A DNA stretch of 64,000 nucleotides. Source: a virus. Below are positions 30,501 through 40,927 of the stretch, piece by piece (the first letter of the stretch is position 1; every line of letters starts with the position of its first letter). The translations under genes were made by a program, and so were the position numbers. The notes under the pieces are model-generated. The model did no database searches and had not been told where the DNA came from. It saw only the letters and a list, made by a program, of their open reading frames with translations. The stretch spans positions 1 to 64,000 of IMG/VR virus record IMGVR_UViG_3300036985_002432; one strand, written 5' to 3'.

Positions 30501-32816
30501 GGTATGGGTGTTAATACAGATGACAATCCATTTGATTCTTTTAATACAACTATTGCAAGTCATTATGCTGGAGTTAAAGTAAGAATAGATAATCAATATG
30601 GTCAACTAAATTCTATTAAACAAATTATAGTTACACCATGTGAACAAAAAATATCTGATTCAGGAATACAGACAATTACAACAAGTACATTTTGTCAAGG
30701 TATTGGTCAGTTACTTCAACAAGTAATTTCATCTACTCCAGTATTTTTTGGAGGAGATACATATATAAATAGATATACAGAAAAAAATACTATGTTCTTT
30801 TTCTATGATTGGTTATATGGTCAACCAGATGGATTTGAATATAATTACTATTTAAGAAATATGATTGGTGCTCCAAGATTTTGGGCTAACAGTCAAAGAT
30901 ATGATGTAAATAATTTAGGTGAATTATTTGATATTGGAAATCTTGAAAATTTACTTGAAGATATTGATGACGGTATAGGACCTTTTCCAACAAATTTTTA
31001 TAATTTAGATCAAAGGAATTATAATTATAATGATGACTCACATGGTGATTATCCTGGATTGTTTAGAGTTAAAAAATCTTATTTTTATTTAAATAATTCT
31101 TCAGTAAGAGATTTCTTTGTAGAGAGTGATGTAATAGTAGATTTTAGAGAAACAGGTATTCCTATATATGAAAAGGTTTATAACCCAAATACATATACGG
31201 ATCTATTAACTATGTTTACTAATAATCCGGAAACTATTACAAGAGGAAACTATTATGCATATGACTATTCACTAAGTGTATCTAAAATATTTACACAGTA
31301 TTTTTCACAAGCAAGTTTGCAAAGTAGATATTATGATCCTAATGTATCTAAGTTATGTTTTACTTATTATCCTGATAGAATAATATATTCATTACCTCAA
31401 CAACAACAATCATTTAAAGATAGTTGGTATGTGTATTTAGCTAATAACTATAAAGAGTTTAAGAATCAAATTAGTGGAGTTAAAAACTTTGCTAAGACTG
31501 GTATCTTTATTACATTTAAAAATGCAAGTCCTTTAGTTATACAAGGTGTTGACCAATTAGAAACTGAATCAGGTACTAAGATCACAATTGGTGATGGTGG
31601 ATTATTTGCACAAACTCCTCAAAGTGTTATAATTGCAGATGATGCATATGAGTATGGTTCTTCTCAAAATAGAAGAAGTGTTATATCCACTCCTGCAGGA
31701 ATGTTTTACATGTCACAGAATCAAGGTAAAATATTTCAATATACTCAAGGTATAACTGAAATATCTTCTGAAGGATTAAAGTGGTGGTATACTCTTTTCA
31801 TGCCATATAAACTTACTGAAGATTTTCCAGACTATCCGCATCAAGATAATCCAGTAGCAGGTATTGGATGTCAATCAGTATTTGATAATCAAAATAGTGT
31901 ATTGTATTTCTGTAAAAAAGATTATAAGTTAAAACCACAATATAAAGATTTAGTAACTTATAATACTAATACTGATGCATTTATGTTAGGTCAAACACCA
32001 TTTGCATTAGGTAATCCAATTTTATTTGAAGATGCTTCATGGACAACTAGTTATGATCCTAAAACTAAATTCTGGATTTCATTTCATGACTGGCATCCTG
32101 ATTTAGTAATGCCTTCTAAGCATACATTTATGACTACAAAAGAAAATGGAATCTGGAGACATAATGATTCATGTAATTCTTATTGTAATTACTATGGAGC
32201 AGACTACCCATTTGAAATAGAGATACCAATGGTAACAGGGCAAACTGTTACTACTGTAAAATCTATGGAGTATTTATTAGAATGTTATAAGAGATCAGAG
32301 TTTAATTGTGTGGATCAATTCCAAGTGTTAGACTTTAACTTTGATAGAGCTGTAGTATTTAATGCAGAACAAGTATCAGGATATCTTAACTTAAATATAT
32401 TTCCTAAAAATAATATTACATTAAGTTTAGACTACCCAAAATATAATCCGGGTAATCCTTCTTATGATATATTATTTAGTAAAGAAGAAAACAAATATAG
32501 ATTTAATCAGTTTTGGGATATAACAAAAGATAGAGGAGAGTTTCCTATTGGTTCAGTATATCCAAATACTACACCAGTAATTGCAGGTACTACAATTCTA
32601 CCGGGTGCACATACACAAGAAAATCTTTGGGTAACTCAATCTAATGGATATATTAAAACACTTAATCCTGTTAATCTTGATTACGCTAAAGATCCATTAC
32701 AAAGAAAAAAGATGAGACATTATTTAAATTTATTACATTTGAGAAAAGATGTTTCAGGAGATATCAATATGATATTAAAAATAAGTAATAGTAAAAATCA
32801 AATATCACTTAGGTAA
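27576..32816 (+). CDS. Large tail hub/muzzle (stabilisation-like) protein
   Basis: 1746 aa; N-terminal NTFIKGLNKD, YLRDEVYAF and WISFHDW motifs; follows the ring genes. Confidence 0.65.
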   Translation: MAKDNFQDTSKTNTNTFIKGLNKDSDPSFVAEGMWTHARNASNNTLEGDLGALSNESATIQCAIAGATLGPAGSKRYVIGTIYLYSDKWVIFTVAYAPTGLGAAIGSEIGLYEEDTCNYRPIVQDTCLNFSKYFLISGASRETQDCSWAVFFADGKNPDRHLNIGDPQTWPTSSYIWIGNNTYSMGTNTMQWPGVDWVQTCTTGATCIICTDTTELDCNAIRLARLMTTPCIKVSNAVGAGTLLNGSYSATIAYTINGQKVTDYFSASNIQPIFHPDNSLGSISIQIDADTVNFDEFVLVIIQTVNQGTIAKEIGYYSTRTTNIELDQIKLDLINIPIKQIPIQTPIFEKSDQMIEINNYLLRVGPTAKFDFNYQPLANLIQAEWVSVEYPANYYVNGGSNTSYLRDEVYAFFIRWVYNTGDKSSSYHIPGRAPINYNGDFETDPYFDINTLQGDTDLFQTVNTAIQTSSVQSTLPDGGLVVARGKMGYWQSTEIYPDNRPDIWNSSSQCWTAVSVPLPGQPAPFDLCGKPIRHHKFPDNRTNNHFSNGGQNIRLMGVDFKNIIYPKDNDGNDIRGIVGYEILRGSREGNKTIIAKGMINNLRDYNIKNGTNSSVGQPTGLYPNYPFNTIRPVTNSNNPNDNNYNLNDPYIKLTDENGNIVDQNVPINMTTFHSPDTNFRTPFLSNSELKLYGNLKGISTQQFIVPAQHPQFKLLGNLVIFPMFVAGIIEALISMGGEFTINKQPTTAGYNPIASGTSTTAATGEAVMGAAVTAYNTAIATYFSSGASVADAFVGYTALDAINSTFQGFINTAAASGTVQHGYLTYQRSFGKTEYLGPILGTIANIQQSVYYFCEGAELALRLMYALAPYDDYALQSIAHGFYDTYFTPLNTSRVRFNLADSFYLKDALQQVSQFPNPGNKRYLVNNLKRSNTVVLRTTNNLGVNDGPRFINSPSDIANSSVDNSLVTLGTANLAGMGVNTDDNPFDSFNTTIASHYAGVKVRIDNQYGQLNSIKQIIVTPCEQKISDSGIQTITTSTFCQGIGQLLQQVISSTPVFFGGDTYINRYTEKNTMFFFYDWLYGQPDGFEYNYYLRNMIGAPRFWANSQRYDVNNLGELFDIGNLENLLEDIDDGIGPFPTNFYNLDQRNYNYNDDSHGDYPGLFRVKKSYFYLNNSSVRDFFVESDVIVDFRETGIPIYEKVYNPNTYTDLLTMFTNNPETITRGNYYAYDYSLSVSKIFTQYFSQASLQSRYYDPNVSKLCFTYYPDRIIYSLPQQQQSFKDSWYVYLANNYKEFKNQISGVKNFAKTGIFITFKNASPLVIQGVDQLETESGTKITIGDGGLFAQTPQSVIIADDAYEYGSSQNRRSVISTPAGMFYMSQNQGKIFQYTQGITEISSEGLKWWYTLFMPYKLTEDFPDYPHQDNPVAGIGCQSVFDNQNSVLYFCKKDYKLKPQYKDLVTYNTNTDAFMLGQTPFALGNPILFEDASWTTSYDPKTKFWISFHDWHPDLVMPSKHTFMTTKENGIWRHNDSCNSYCNYYGADYPFEIEIPMVTGQTVTTVKSMEYLLECYKRSEFNCVDQFQVLDFNFDRAVVFNAEQVSGYLNLNIFPKNNITLSLDYPKYNPGNPSYDILFSKEENKYRFNQFWDITKDRGEFPIGSVYPNTTPVIAGTTILPGAHTQENLWVTQSNGYIKTLNPVNLDYAKDPLQRKKMRHYLNLLHLRKDVSGDINMILKISNSKNQISLR

Positions 32817-35800
32817 TGAGTTATAATAGAAAAGTACTTAAGACAGCTACTAAAGAATTAGGAAAAGCTAAAGCACCAGCTAAACCAAAAGATATTATTA
32901 TTGATCCAATGGGTCAATGGAAATATCCTGGACAAAATACTAGAATACCTGGTAGTAATATTACTATGCAAAATGTTTCTTATCCTGTATGGGCACAACC
33001 TAATGTAGGACCTGGTGCAATGATGTATCCTGAACAAGAATATCAATTTCCAGGAGCAGATTATGTAGATGAATTTCCTCAAGGTAGTAATGAAGATTAT
33101 TATGAAGATGAACTTGATGAAGAACAAATAGCAGAGTTAAGAGCAGGAGGATATACAGTAGAAGATATATCTGTACCTTCTGTAGGTAATTACAAACAAG
33201 GTGGTTCTTTACTTACTAAGAAAGTAGCATGTAAAAAATGTGGTTGGAAATGGGATGCTGCAGATGGTGGTGATGATGTTACTACATGTCATAAGTGTGG
33301 TGGTGAAGGATTAATACATGCTCAAACTGGTTTCTCAAGTCCTTATTATTCATATGGTGACAAAAAGTATATGAAAAAAAGTAATGATTGGTTAGTAGAT
33401 TATAATGGTAAATATGTTCCTCTATCTAAAAATGTTGCTGCAAGAAGTACTGAATTAAATAAAAATGCTAAATACGTTCCTGCCAAAACATTAGAAAAAT
33501 CTCCATATCAATTACAACAAGAAGCTAAATTAAAGTCAGGTCAATCTAATTATGATATGATGGCTAGTAATAAACCTCAAGTAGCTGATAATACAAAAGT
33601 TGTTAAAAATAAAATTGCAAGCTTAAGTGAACTTGCTGCAGCAGAAGCTATAAAAAAAGAATTTGTAGAAACTGAAAAAAAAATAAAAAATGATTTTAAT
33701 AATACTACTCAGTATTATGAAGATTATCATAAATCGCCAATGTATAAAAGTATGCTTAACAATAGTATGCGAGATTGGGGATGGGCAAAAGAAGATCCTT
33801 CTAATATTAGTGAAGGCAGATCTCAAAATTTAAAAAGTTTAGAATCACCTACTGTTTTAAAGGTTCAACCAACAGGAGAAGATGAAAATACAGGTGGATG
33901 GTCTTCTGGTAGTACAGGTAATATAACTGTTACACCACTAGGGTATAAAGTACAAGGAATACTTCCTCATGAAATATCACACAGTATAGATAGGCCTCTA
34001 CATAGGTGGAGTGATAGATTGATACCTACTAAAGATATAGCCGCTATTAATAAATTTAAACCTAAAAATTTTATAACTTCTTTAGAATTTCAAAATTTAT
34101 CTTCTTCTGACCAAAAAATGATATTAAATAATCCAGAAGACGAATATGTAAAAGAATATGTAAAAAATAAAGAAGAATGGAATGATTATGTTGGCACACC
34201 TACAGAAACAAGAGCTAGATTAAATGATATTAGAATGCAATCAAAATTTAAAGGTGTATATGATCCTTTTACTCAAAAAGTATCTCCTGATATTTATAAA
34301 AAACTTTTAAATACACCTTTTGAAAAAGATAAAAATGAAGGGTTTGATGCTTTAAAACAACTTAAAGGTATTTATACGGATAAACAAATTCAATGGATGT
34401 TAAATAATATCTCAAAAAATCAAGAACAAAATCAAGAAAATATTGAGCAAGGTGTTGCAAGAAAAGGTGGTAGTCTTAAAAAGTATTCTAGAAGTTTAGA
34501 AGCTACTAATAAATTATTTCATGTATCACCTTTATTAAAAAAAGCAAAGTCTAAAAAGAAAAAAATATTTGATCCTAGTTCTAGTTATTTTCAAGATGGT
34601 GGTTTTCTTCCTCAAGCACAATTTGGACTAAATGTAGATGAGAATGGTAAGCCTATCTATTATACTGAAGAAGAATACAGACATATGTCTGAAGCTAATC
34701 AAAGAGGAGATGTAGGTACAGAAAGTAATCCTACTGTAACAGATGAAGTTACAGTAAAAGCTCAAGGTCCTGATTGGGCTAAGTATGAAAAAGAATATTT
34801 AAGTAAACAAAGTAGAGATCAATTTATTGCAGATAAAAAAAGAGAGTATATTAAAAGACAAAAAAATCTTAATAGACTTGCTGGAGTTACAATGGATAAT
34901 TTTCCAGAAGAAGTAGAAAGAAACTTTGGTAACCGCTTTGATTATAATAAAAATAGTTATATAACTAGAAGACTTGGTAAACAAGATCATTTTAATCCAA
35001 AACGTAGAGGAGAATGGATTGATGAATTAACTCCAACAGAAAGAAAAATAGTTGCAGACTCAAAGTATGGTAGTAAACTACAACCAAATCTTTGGAAAAC
35101 ATCACTTGCAGGATTACAAGAACTTGGTAATGCTGCTATTAAAGCAAGTACATTTGGTATTGTAAATAAAGATGTATTAAAAAATAGAATATCAGGATTA
35201 ACAAAAAAAGAACAAGCAGAAATTGCTAATTCAAATACTGGTGCATTAAGCACAATGGATTTTATAGATCTTGCTGGAGCTGGTATATCTAATTTTGGAT
35301 TTAATAGAGGACTAAGTACTGGTTCTGACTATAAAGAGTTACCTTCATGGAGTTCAGGAGAATTAATGCCTAATGTAACTAGAACACATGCAACGTTAAT
35401 GAATCCACTTAATCTTATTGCACTGGGAGAACTAACGGCAGGTAAATCTTTATTAGGTTTAGGAGCAAATCAACTTAAGCAATTTGGAAAAACTGCTCCT
35501 GGTCTTATGAAAGAAGTACCTACAATAGTTAAATCTGTTGCAGATGCAAGTTATATGGGTATGAGACCAAGAAAACTTTATAGTCCTTTAAATTTAATTT
35601 CTAGATATGGAAAAAAAGTAGAGGGTAACATAACACCACTTGGTAATGTATTAAAAAGAACAATTCATAATGATGCTATTGGAGAACCTATTTCATGGGG
35701 AAACCGTACATGGAAATCAGTAACTGGAAAACCAATAGCACAAAATTTACTTAAGGAAAGACCAGGAGCTACAAATAATATTTTTTCAATGCAAGTAGAT

Positions 35801-36388
35801 CCTACAATTGCAGGATCAAATATATCAAAAGGTGCAACTGAACTACCAAATAAATTAAAAAATCTTAATTGGAAGCCAACAACTGAACTTAATTATATGG
35901 GTAAACCAACAACTTCAATACCTTTAAATGATGCAGGTCTTTCAATAAATAGAAGACTTCCTTTTTCTAATAGATATGTCTCTGTAGATCCACAAAAATT
36001 AATGAATAATAAATTTCAATGGTCAACTGCAGGTTCAGGTGTTCAAAATTTAGCAGAAAAATATGCAAGTACAAACGGAATCTTTGGTGGTATTGGATTA
36101 GGAGCAGTGGGTTATGGAGCTCTTAAAGAAGGTCAAAATCCAATTAGTGTTTATAATACAGTAAATCCACTTACAGGTAATAAAAAAGGATATGATGCCT
36201 ATACATTAATGGGAGAAAATACTTTTAAAAAATATATATCTAAACCAAATCCTTATTTTATTAGAGATATTGGTCAAGGAACAGGTTTAATTGAAAAAGC
36301 TGATGGAGGTTCAATTGAAATGGATGTAGATGATGATATGATACAATATCTATTATCACAAGGATATGATGTAGAAGACATTTACTAA
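32816..36388 (+). CDS. Modular virion cargo protein with Zn ribbon and zincin (HExxH) domain
   Basis: CKKC...CHKC; LPHEISH...ETRARL; modules separated by xxGG linkers. Confidence 0.7.
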   Translation: MSYNRKVLKTATKELGKAKAPAKPKDIIIDPMGQWKYPGQNTRIPGSNITMQNVSYPVWAQPNVGPGAMMYPEQEYQFPGADYVDEFPQGSNEDYYEDELDEEQIAELRAGGYTVEDISVPSVGNYKQGGSLLTKKVACKKCGWKWDAADGGDDVTTCHKCGGEGLIHAQTGFSSPYYSYGDKKYMKKSNDWLVDYNGKYVPLSKNVAARSTELNKNAKYVPAKTLEKSPYQLQQEAKLKSGQSNYDMMASNKPQVADNTKVVKNKIASLSELAAAEAIKKEFVETEKKIKNDFNNTTQYYEDYHKSPMYKSMLNNSMRDWGWAKEDPSNISEGRSQNLKSLESPTVLKVQPTGEDENTGGWSSGSTGNITVTPLGYKVQGILPHEISHSIDRPLHRWSDRLIPTKDIAAINKFKPKNFITSLEFQNLSSSDQKMILNNPEDEYVKEYVKNKEEWNDYVGTPTETRARLNDIRMQSKFKGVYDPFTQKVSPDIYKKLLNTPFEKDKNEGFDALKQLKGIYTDKQIQWMLNNISKNQEQNQENIEQGVARKGGSLKKYSRSLEATNKLFHVSPLLKKAKSKKKKIFDPSSSYFQDGGFLPQAQFGLNVDENGKPIYYTEEEYRHMSEANQRGDVGTESNPTVTDEVTVKAQGPDWAKYEKEYLSKQSRDQFIADKKREYIKRQKNLNRLAGVTMDNFPEEVERNFGNRFDYNKNSYITRRLGKQDHFNPKRRGEWIDELTPTERKIVADSKYGSKLQPNLWKTSLAGLQELGNAAIKASTFGIVNKDVLKNRISGLTKKEQAEIANSNTGALSTMDFIDLAGAGISNFGFNRGLSTGSDYKELPSWSSGELMPNVTRTHATLMNPLNLIALGELTAGKSLLGLGANQLKQFGKTAPGLMKEVPTIVKSVADASYMGMRPRKLYSPLNLISRYGKKVEGNITPLGNVLKRTIHNDAIGEPISWGNRTWKSVTGKPIAQNLLKERPGATNNIFSMQVDPTIAGSNISKGATELPNKLKNLNWKPTTELNYMGKPTTSIPLNDAGLSINRRLPFSNRYVSVDPQKLMNNKFQWSTAGSGVQNLAEKYASTNGIFGGIGLGAVGYGALKEGQNPISVYNTVNPLTGNKKGYDAYTLMGENTFKKYISKPNPYFIRDIGQGTGLIEKADGGSIEMDVDDDMIQYLLSQGYDVEDIY

Positions 36389-36447
36389 ACATTTAAAGTT
36401 TATAGTTTAAACTAAAATTTATTATATTTATAATATAAAGTATACTT

Positions 36448-39400
36448 ATGAAAAGACGTGTAAGAATATATAAAGCTGGAGGACAACATGGTTCTTATAT
36501 AAATAAGACAGCTCAATATTTCCAAGAAGGTGGTATGCAGATGCAAGAAGAAGTTGCACCTGAAGAACAACCTGCTCAAGAACCAAGTGATGAACAAGTT
36601 ATTACATTCATTATGCAAACTCTATCACAACCTAATGGTAGTATAGAACAAGCTAAGCAACAACTTGTACAAGCAAATATAAATCCTGCACGTATTACAC
36701 AATTATCAGAAGCTGCATTAGAGTATATTAATCAACAACAAGATATAGCATTAGCTGAAGCAACTGGTAATGAAGAAGATGCTGCAGCAATGCAATTAGA
36801 ACAAGATGCTAATGATAGAGCAGTTGCTGAAGAAGAACAAGCTGCTCAACAAGCTGCACAGAATCAAGAGATGTATGCACAATCAGAAGAAAGTGCTGTA
36901 GATCCAAATGAAAATGATGACAGTAGTGCTGCTTATATGCGTAGTGGAGGTATGCCTAATAAAAGAGCATACATAAGTAACTTTATAAAACTTGCCAAAA
37001 AACAAGAAGGTGGAGATACAGAAGAATCTAAATCAGATATTAAAACAGATATCCCAGTAGGAGGTAGAGTAGAGAAAGTAAGTAAATTTCATAATGCATT
37101 AAAAAGTACTGCAAATAATGTTGCACTTAAAGAACAAGCAGAGAAACAATATGAGCAACAGATGCAACAAATGCAGCAGATGCCACCACAAGGTTATGCA
37201 CAAGATGGTGGAGACACTGAATCTGGTGTATCAGATTTTGACCCATATCATAATTTAGAACATTATAGTGGAGCTTTTGAACATTCAATGCCTTTTAATG
37301 CATTAACTGAAGCACAGTTTGGTGGATGGGGTCATGGTAGAGAAAGACGTGCAGCAAGAAGAATGAATAGAATGATGCCACAAGGATTTAATCAAATGGC
37401 TAATATAATGGGTAATATGGGTAATCAAATGATTAATCCCTTTATGCAACAACAAATGAATTCTCTTGCACAGTTTATGCCTAATCAAGGTAACTTAGGT
37501 TTAGCTAATATTGATGTACGTAGAACCGGTATATTTGGTAGACCAAAAGAATATACTATTAATTTTAATACAGCATCTCCTGTAACTATTAAAGATGTTG
37601 CAGATACAAAAAAGCAAGAAATTAATAATGCAGAAACAACTAAAAAAGAAGTTGAAGAAACAGTTAAAGAAGAAGAAACTAATACAGCAACTACTAAGAA
37701 TGCTGAAGTAGAAAAAACAGCAGATGAATTACCAGAAGAATCAGATATAACAGTTACTACAAATGAAGTAAAAAGAAACAGTGGTAAAAATTTATCAGGT
37801 GGAAATGAAAATGTAAATGTTATTGGAAATGGTACTGGAATTATGCCAATACCGGAACAACAACCAATACAAAGTAAAGGTGTAATTCAAAATGCAATTA
37901 ATAAAGCAAACCAATACCCTAGTATAGGAACTAATCAAAATATTACTCCAATTACCGGTGCAAAAGTTGGACCATTTGATTTTACAAAAATAGCAAATGT
38001 AGGACAAGGTATGGGTAATGTCCTTGCACAAACTGTTCAAGATAAAGCTAAAGCTGAAAAAATAGCTAAGTGGAAAGAACATTTAAGACAAGAAAAAATT
38101 AATGCATTACCATTTTTAGAAAAACAAATGTGGTATGCACAACATCCAGAAGATAAACCAAAAATTAAACCAGGTAAAAAACCAATATCTACAAGTAATA
38201 ATGGAGTTATTAAATGGCAACAAGGTGGATTTACAGATCCTAATTCTGGCTTATATAAATTCATGGGTGGTGGAGAAGACATGGATCAAGCTAACTTAGA
38301 TTATTCTGATTCTAAAAATATATCAACTCCATATTTTTCAAATGGTGGTTTATATAGATTTCAAAAAGAAGGTGAAGTTACTGATGAGAATACATGTCTT
38401 CCAGGTATGACTGGTTGTTTCCCACAAGGATCTGCAGGAAATAAAGAAGTAGTAGAATTAACTGAAGATGAAAAAGCAGCTAAGGTTATTGCAGATAAAG
38501 AAGCTGCTGATAAGCTTGTAGCATCTAAAATAGCTTCTGATAAACTTGCTGCAGAAACAGCAAGAAATGCTTACATTGATGAGCAAATGAAAAAAGGAAA
38601 TAATACAAATGGTAATATAGACTATGAAAACTTTAATTATGCACAACAGTATTTGCAAAATCTAGGTTTAGGAGCAAATAATCCTTTTTCATTTATATCC
38701 CGTGGAAACAACTGGAATAAAGCAATAGGAAGTCCTTATGGTACAGGAACACTTAATCCTATTAGTGGAATGATTGGACCTAATGCACAAGTAAGTAGTA
38801 TTAATGTAGATAAAACTAGAATGTTTGGCCCTAATAAAGGAGCTCCAAAAAAGTTTACAGTAAATTATAATGTACCAGGACAACCAGGTATTAATGCATC
38901 AGGTACACCACAAAGTTATGTAGGATCAGATGGACAAACACATTGGATGAATAATGGTAATCAATCTTCTAAAGGTAATCAAGAAACAGGTAGAAAAAGA
39001 CCAGTAGCAGATATGTTACTAAGATCTAGAGTTCCTGGTTTACAACAATTAGGTGCAAAAATGTATCCATGGGAAAATAATAATACATCAGAATCTATGT
39101 CAGGATTACATGATAAAGGTGATGAAGCTTATAAAGAACATTTTGGACATTATCCAGGTGAAGAAAAAATTAGTACAAAATTTATACATCCTACTCAAGA
39201 TCAATTAGAAAATGAAACATATGGACCAATTCCTGGATCAACTCCAGAAACTGATTCAGGATATCAACTTGATGCTGAAGGTATGAGAGCAATACCACAA
39301 TATGAATCTCCTTATAGTAAATTACAAACTAGACCACTTGAAAGATTTACCAATACTCCAGAACTTGTACCAATGAATTTCCCAGGTGTTGGTTCTAATT

Positions 39401-40917
39401 ATAGAGAAAGACAAGAAGAACCTAATACAGAAGAAATGCCACCAATGGTAAATACTGCTGGACCAATGATTGGTGCTGAAGATATGGTACAAGAATATGA
39501 ACAACCTTTTTCAGAAAAAGTTGATTTAATGAATTCTCAATTACAAGTTCCTGATTATTATCCTAATTCAATGGGTGATAGATTAACTCAAGAACAAGTA
39601 AGTCAAAATTTAAATGAAAATTTACAAGGTGTAGGATATATGCCGGAAAATGAATTATTAAATTATGATCATTATGATTCATCAAATGATTTTAAATTAG
39701 ATCCAATTACTAATAAACCAGTAATTAGACAAAGAATTAATAGACGTAATACAAATCCATCTAGTAATAATAGAGTAACTACTAATAATAATAATAATAA
39801 TAATAGAGCAGTTAATAATAAATCTGATGATGCACCTATTGAAAAAGTAAATTCAAATGTATCAAAAACAACTTTAACACCAAAACAACAAAAAGCAGAT
39901 CAAGAATATAAAAGAAAACAAGTAGAACAAGAAGCAAGATCATATATAGTTCCTGAAGGTTCTAATCCTATTTATAATAATTCTGATGAAGTAATTTCAG
40001 ATGTAGCTAAACGACAAGAACAAGCTCAAAAAAGTTTTAGACAAGCTCAAGAAAAGTTTAAAAAAACATATGGTATTGATCAATCTACATTAGAAATGTA
40101 TTTAAATGTAGAAAATACAGATCAAGCTAGATCAATGGAAAAAGCTTACCCACAATTAAAACAAGCAGCTATTAAATATAAACCAGTATATACTAGACAA
40201 GCTCAAGAAAAAGCTGTACAAGATATTTTTAATAGAGCAACAACAATGTTCCAACGTCAATATGGTGGTAATGCACTTCCTAAAGCTCAATTTGGCCCTC
40301 CTGAAGATATACCATTTGGATATTTTAAAGATCCTAATGGAACAGGAGTTTATAGAAATTTAGCCGGTGAAATTTATAAACCTAAAACTAATCTTGAAGG
40401 TAATACAGATAAGTTAATGGGTAATGAATTTACTCAAGAAGGTAATGGATTAACTACAGACAAATCTATGGGTTTTGATTCATCTGGTACTGGTTATAGA
40501 AATGAAGGTTTATTATCTGATGAAGAAAAACAAGCAGGTGCTATGAATAAAGTATCTCAAAAGTTTAAGAATAAACAAGAGTGGAATATAGATGCTAAAG
40601 GTGCATTAGATTTTGGTAATATGGCTGGTAATAAACTAGCTGGATTTTTAGAAAGATCTCAACAAGCTAAACAAAATAGAAACATGGGTAGTAAATATGA
40701 TGCTTCTAATTTGTATGCACAAACAGATGAAAGAGATAGAGGTACCTATGGTCAAGAAGGTGATTTTAAACCAAATGAAACTGGATTTAAAGGTGTAGTT
40801 AAGTATGGTGGCTACATGGAAGAAGGTGGTAGTTATGAAGAAGGTGGTGACACTTGGATGTCTGAAGAACAAATACAACAGTTCTTGGCTGAAGGTGGTG
40901 AATTAGAATTTGTTTAA
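36448..40917 (+). CDS. Large low-complexity putative cargo/ejection protein
   Basis: 1489 aa, Q/E/N-rich, many Phi-x-x-GG motifs. Confidence 0.7.
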   Translation: MKRRVRIYKAGGQHGSYINKTAQYFQEGGMQMQEEVAPEEQPAQEPSDEQVITFIMQTLSQPNGSIEQAKQQLVQANINPARITQLSEAALEYINQQQDIALAEATGNEEDAAAMQLEQDANDRAVAEEEQAAQQAAQNQEMYAQSEESAVDPNENDDSSAAYMRSGGMPNKRAYISNFIKLAKKQEGGDTEESKSDIKTDIPVGGRVEKVSKFHNALKSTANNVALKEQAEKQYEQQMQQMQQMPPQGYAQDGGDTESGVSDFDPYHNLEHYSGAFEHSMPFNALTEAQFGGWGHGRERRAARRMNRMMPQGFNQMANIMGNMGNQMINPFMQQQMNSLAQFMPNQGNLGLANIDVRRTGIFGRPKEYTINFNTASPVTIKDVADTKKQEINNAETTKKEVEETVKEEETNTATTKNAEVEKTADELPEESDITVTTNEVKRNSGKNLSGGNENVNVIGNGTGIMPIPEQQPIQSKGVIQNAINKANQYPSIGTNQNITPITGAKVGPFDFTKIANVGQGMGNVLAQTVQDKAKAEKIAKWKEHLRQEKINALPFLEKQMWYAQHPEDKPKIKPGKKPISTSNNGVIKWQQGGFTDPNSGLYKFMGGGEDMDQANLDYSDSKNISTPYFSNGGLYRFQKEGEVTDENTCLPGMTGCFPQGSAGNKEVVELTEDEKAAKVIADKEAADKLVASKIASDKLAAETARNAYIDEQMKKGNNTNGNIDYENFNYAQQYLQNLGLGANNPFSFISRGNNWNKAIGSPYGTGTLNPISGMIGPNAQVSSINVDKTRMFGPNKGAPKKFTVNYNVPGQPGINASGTPQSYVGSDGQTHWMNNGNQSSKGNQETGRKRPVADMLLRSRVPGLQQLGAKMYPWENNNTSESMSGLHDKGDEAYKEHFGHYPGEEKISTKFIHPTQDQLENETYGPIPGSTPETDSGYQLDAEGMRAIPQYESPYSKLQTRPLERFTNTPELVPMNFPGVGSNYRERQEEPNTEEMPPMVNTAGPMIGAEDMVQEYEQPFSEKVDLMNSQLQVPDYYPNSMGDRLTQEQVSQNLNENLQGVGYMPENELLNYDHYDSSNDFKLDPITNKPVIRQRINRRNTNPSSNNRVTTNNNNNNNRAVNNKSDDAPIEKVNSNVSKTTLTPKQQKADQEYKRKQVEQEARSYIVPEGSNPIYNNSDEVISDVAKRQEQAQKSFRQAQEKFKKTYGIDQSTLEMYLNVENTDQARSMEKAYPQLKQAAIKYKPVYTRQAQEKAVQDIFNRATTMFQRQYGGNALPKAQFGPPEDIPFGYFKDPNGTGVYRNLAGEIYKPKTNLEGNTDKLMGNEFTQEGNGLTTDKSMGFDSSGTGYRNEGLLSDEEKQAGAMNKVSQKFKNKQEWNIDAKGALDFGNMAGNKLAGFLERSQQAKQNRNMGSKYDASNLYAQTDERDRGTYGQEGDFKPNETGFKGVVKYGGYMEEGGSYEEGGDTWMSEEQIQQFLAEGGELEFV
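39784..39804 (+). repeat. (AAT)7 microsatellite encoding poly-Asn
   Basis: aataataataataataataat, in frame. Confidence 0.8.
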
Positions 40918-40927
40918 AAATATAGTT

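Noticed and set aside
39784-39804. (AAT)7 as a phase-variation switch
   Set aside because: Triplet repeat keeps the frame and lies in a disordered region
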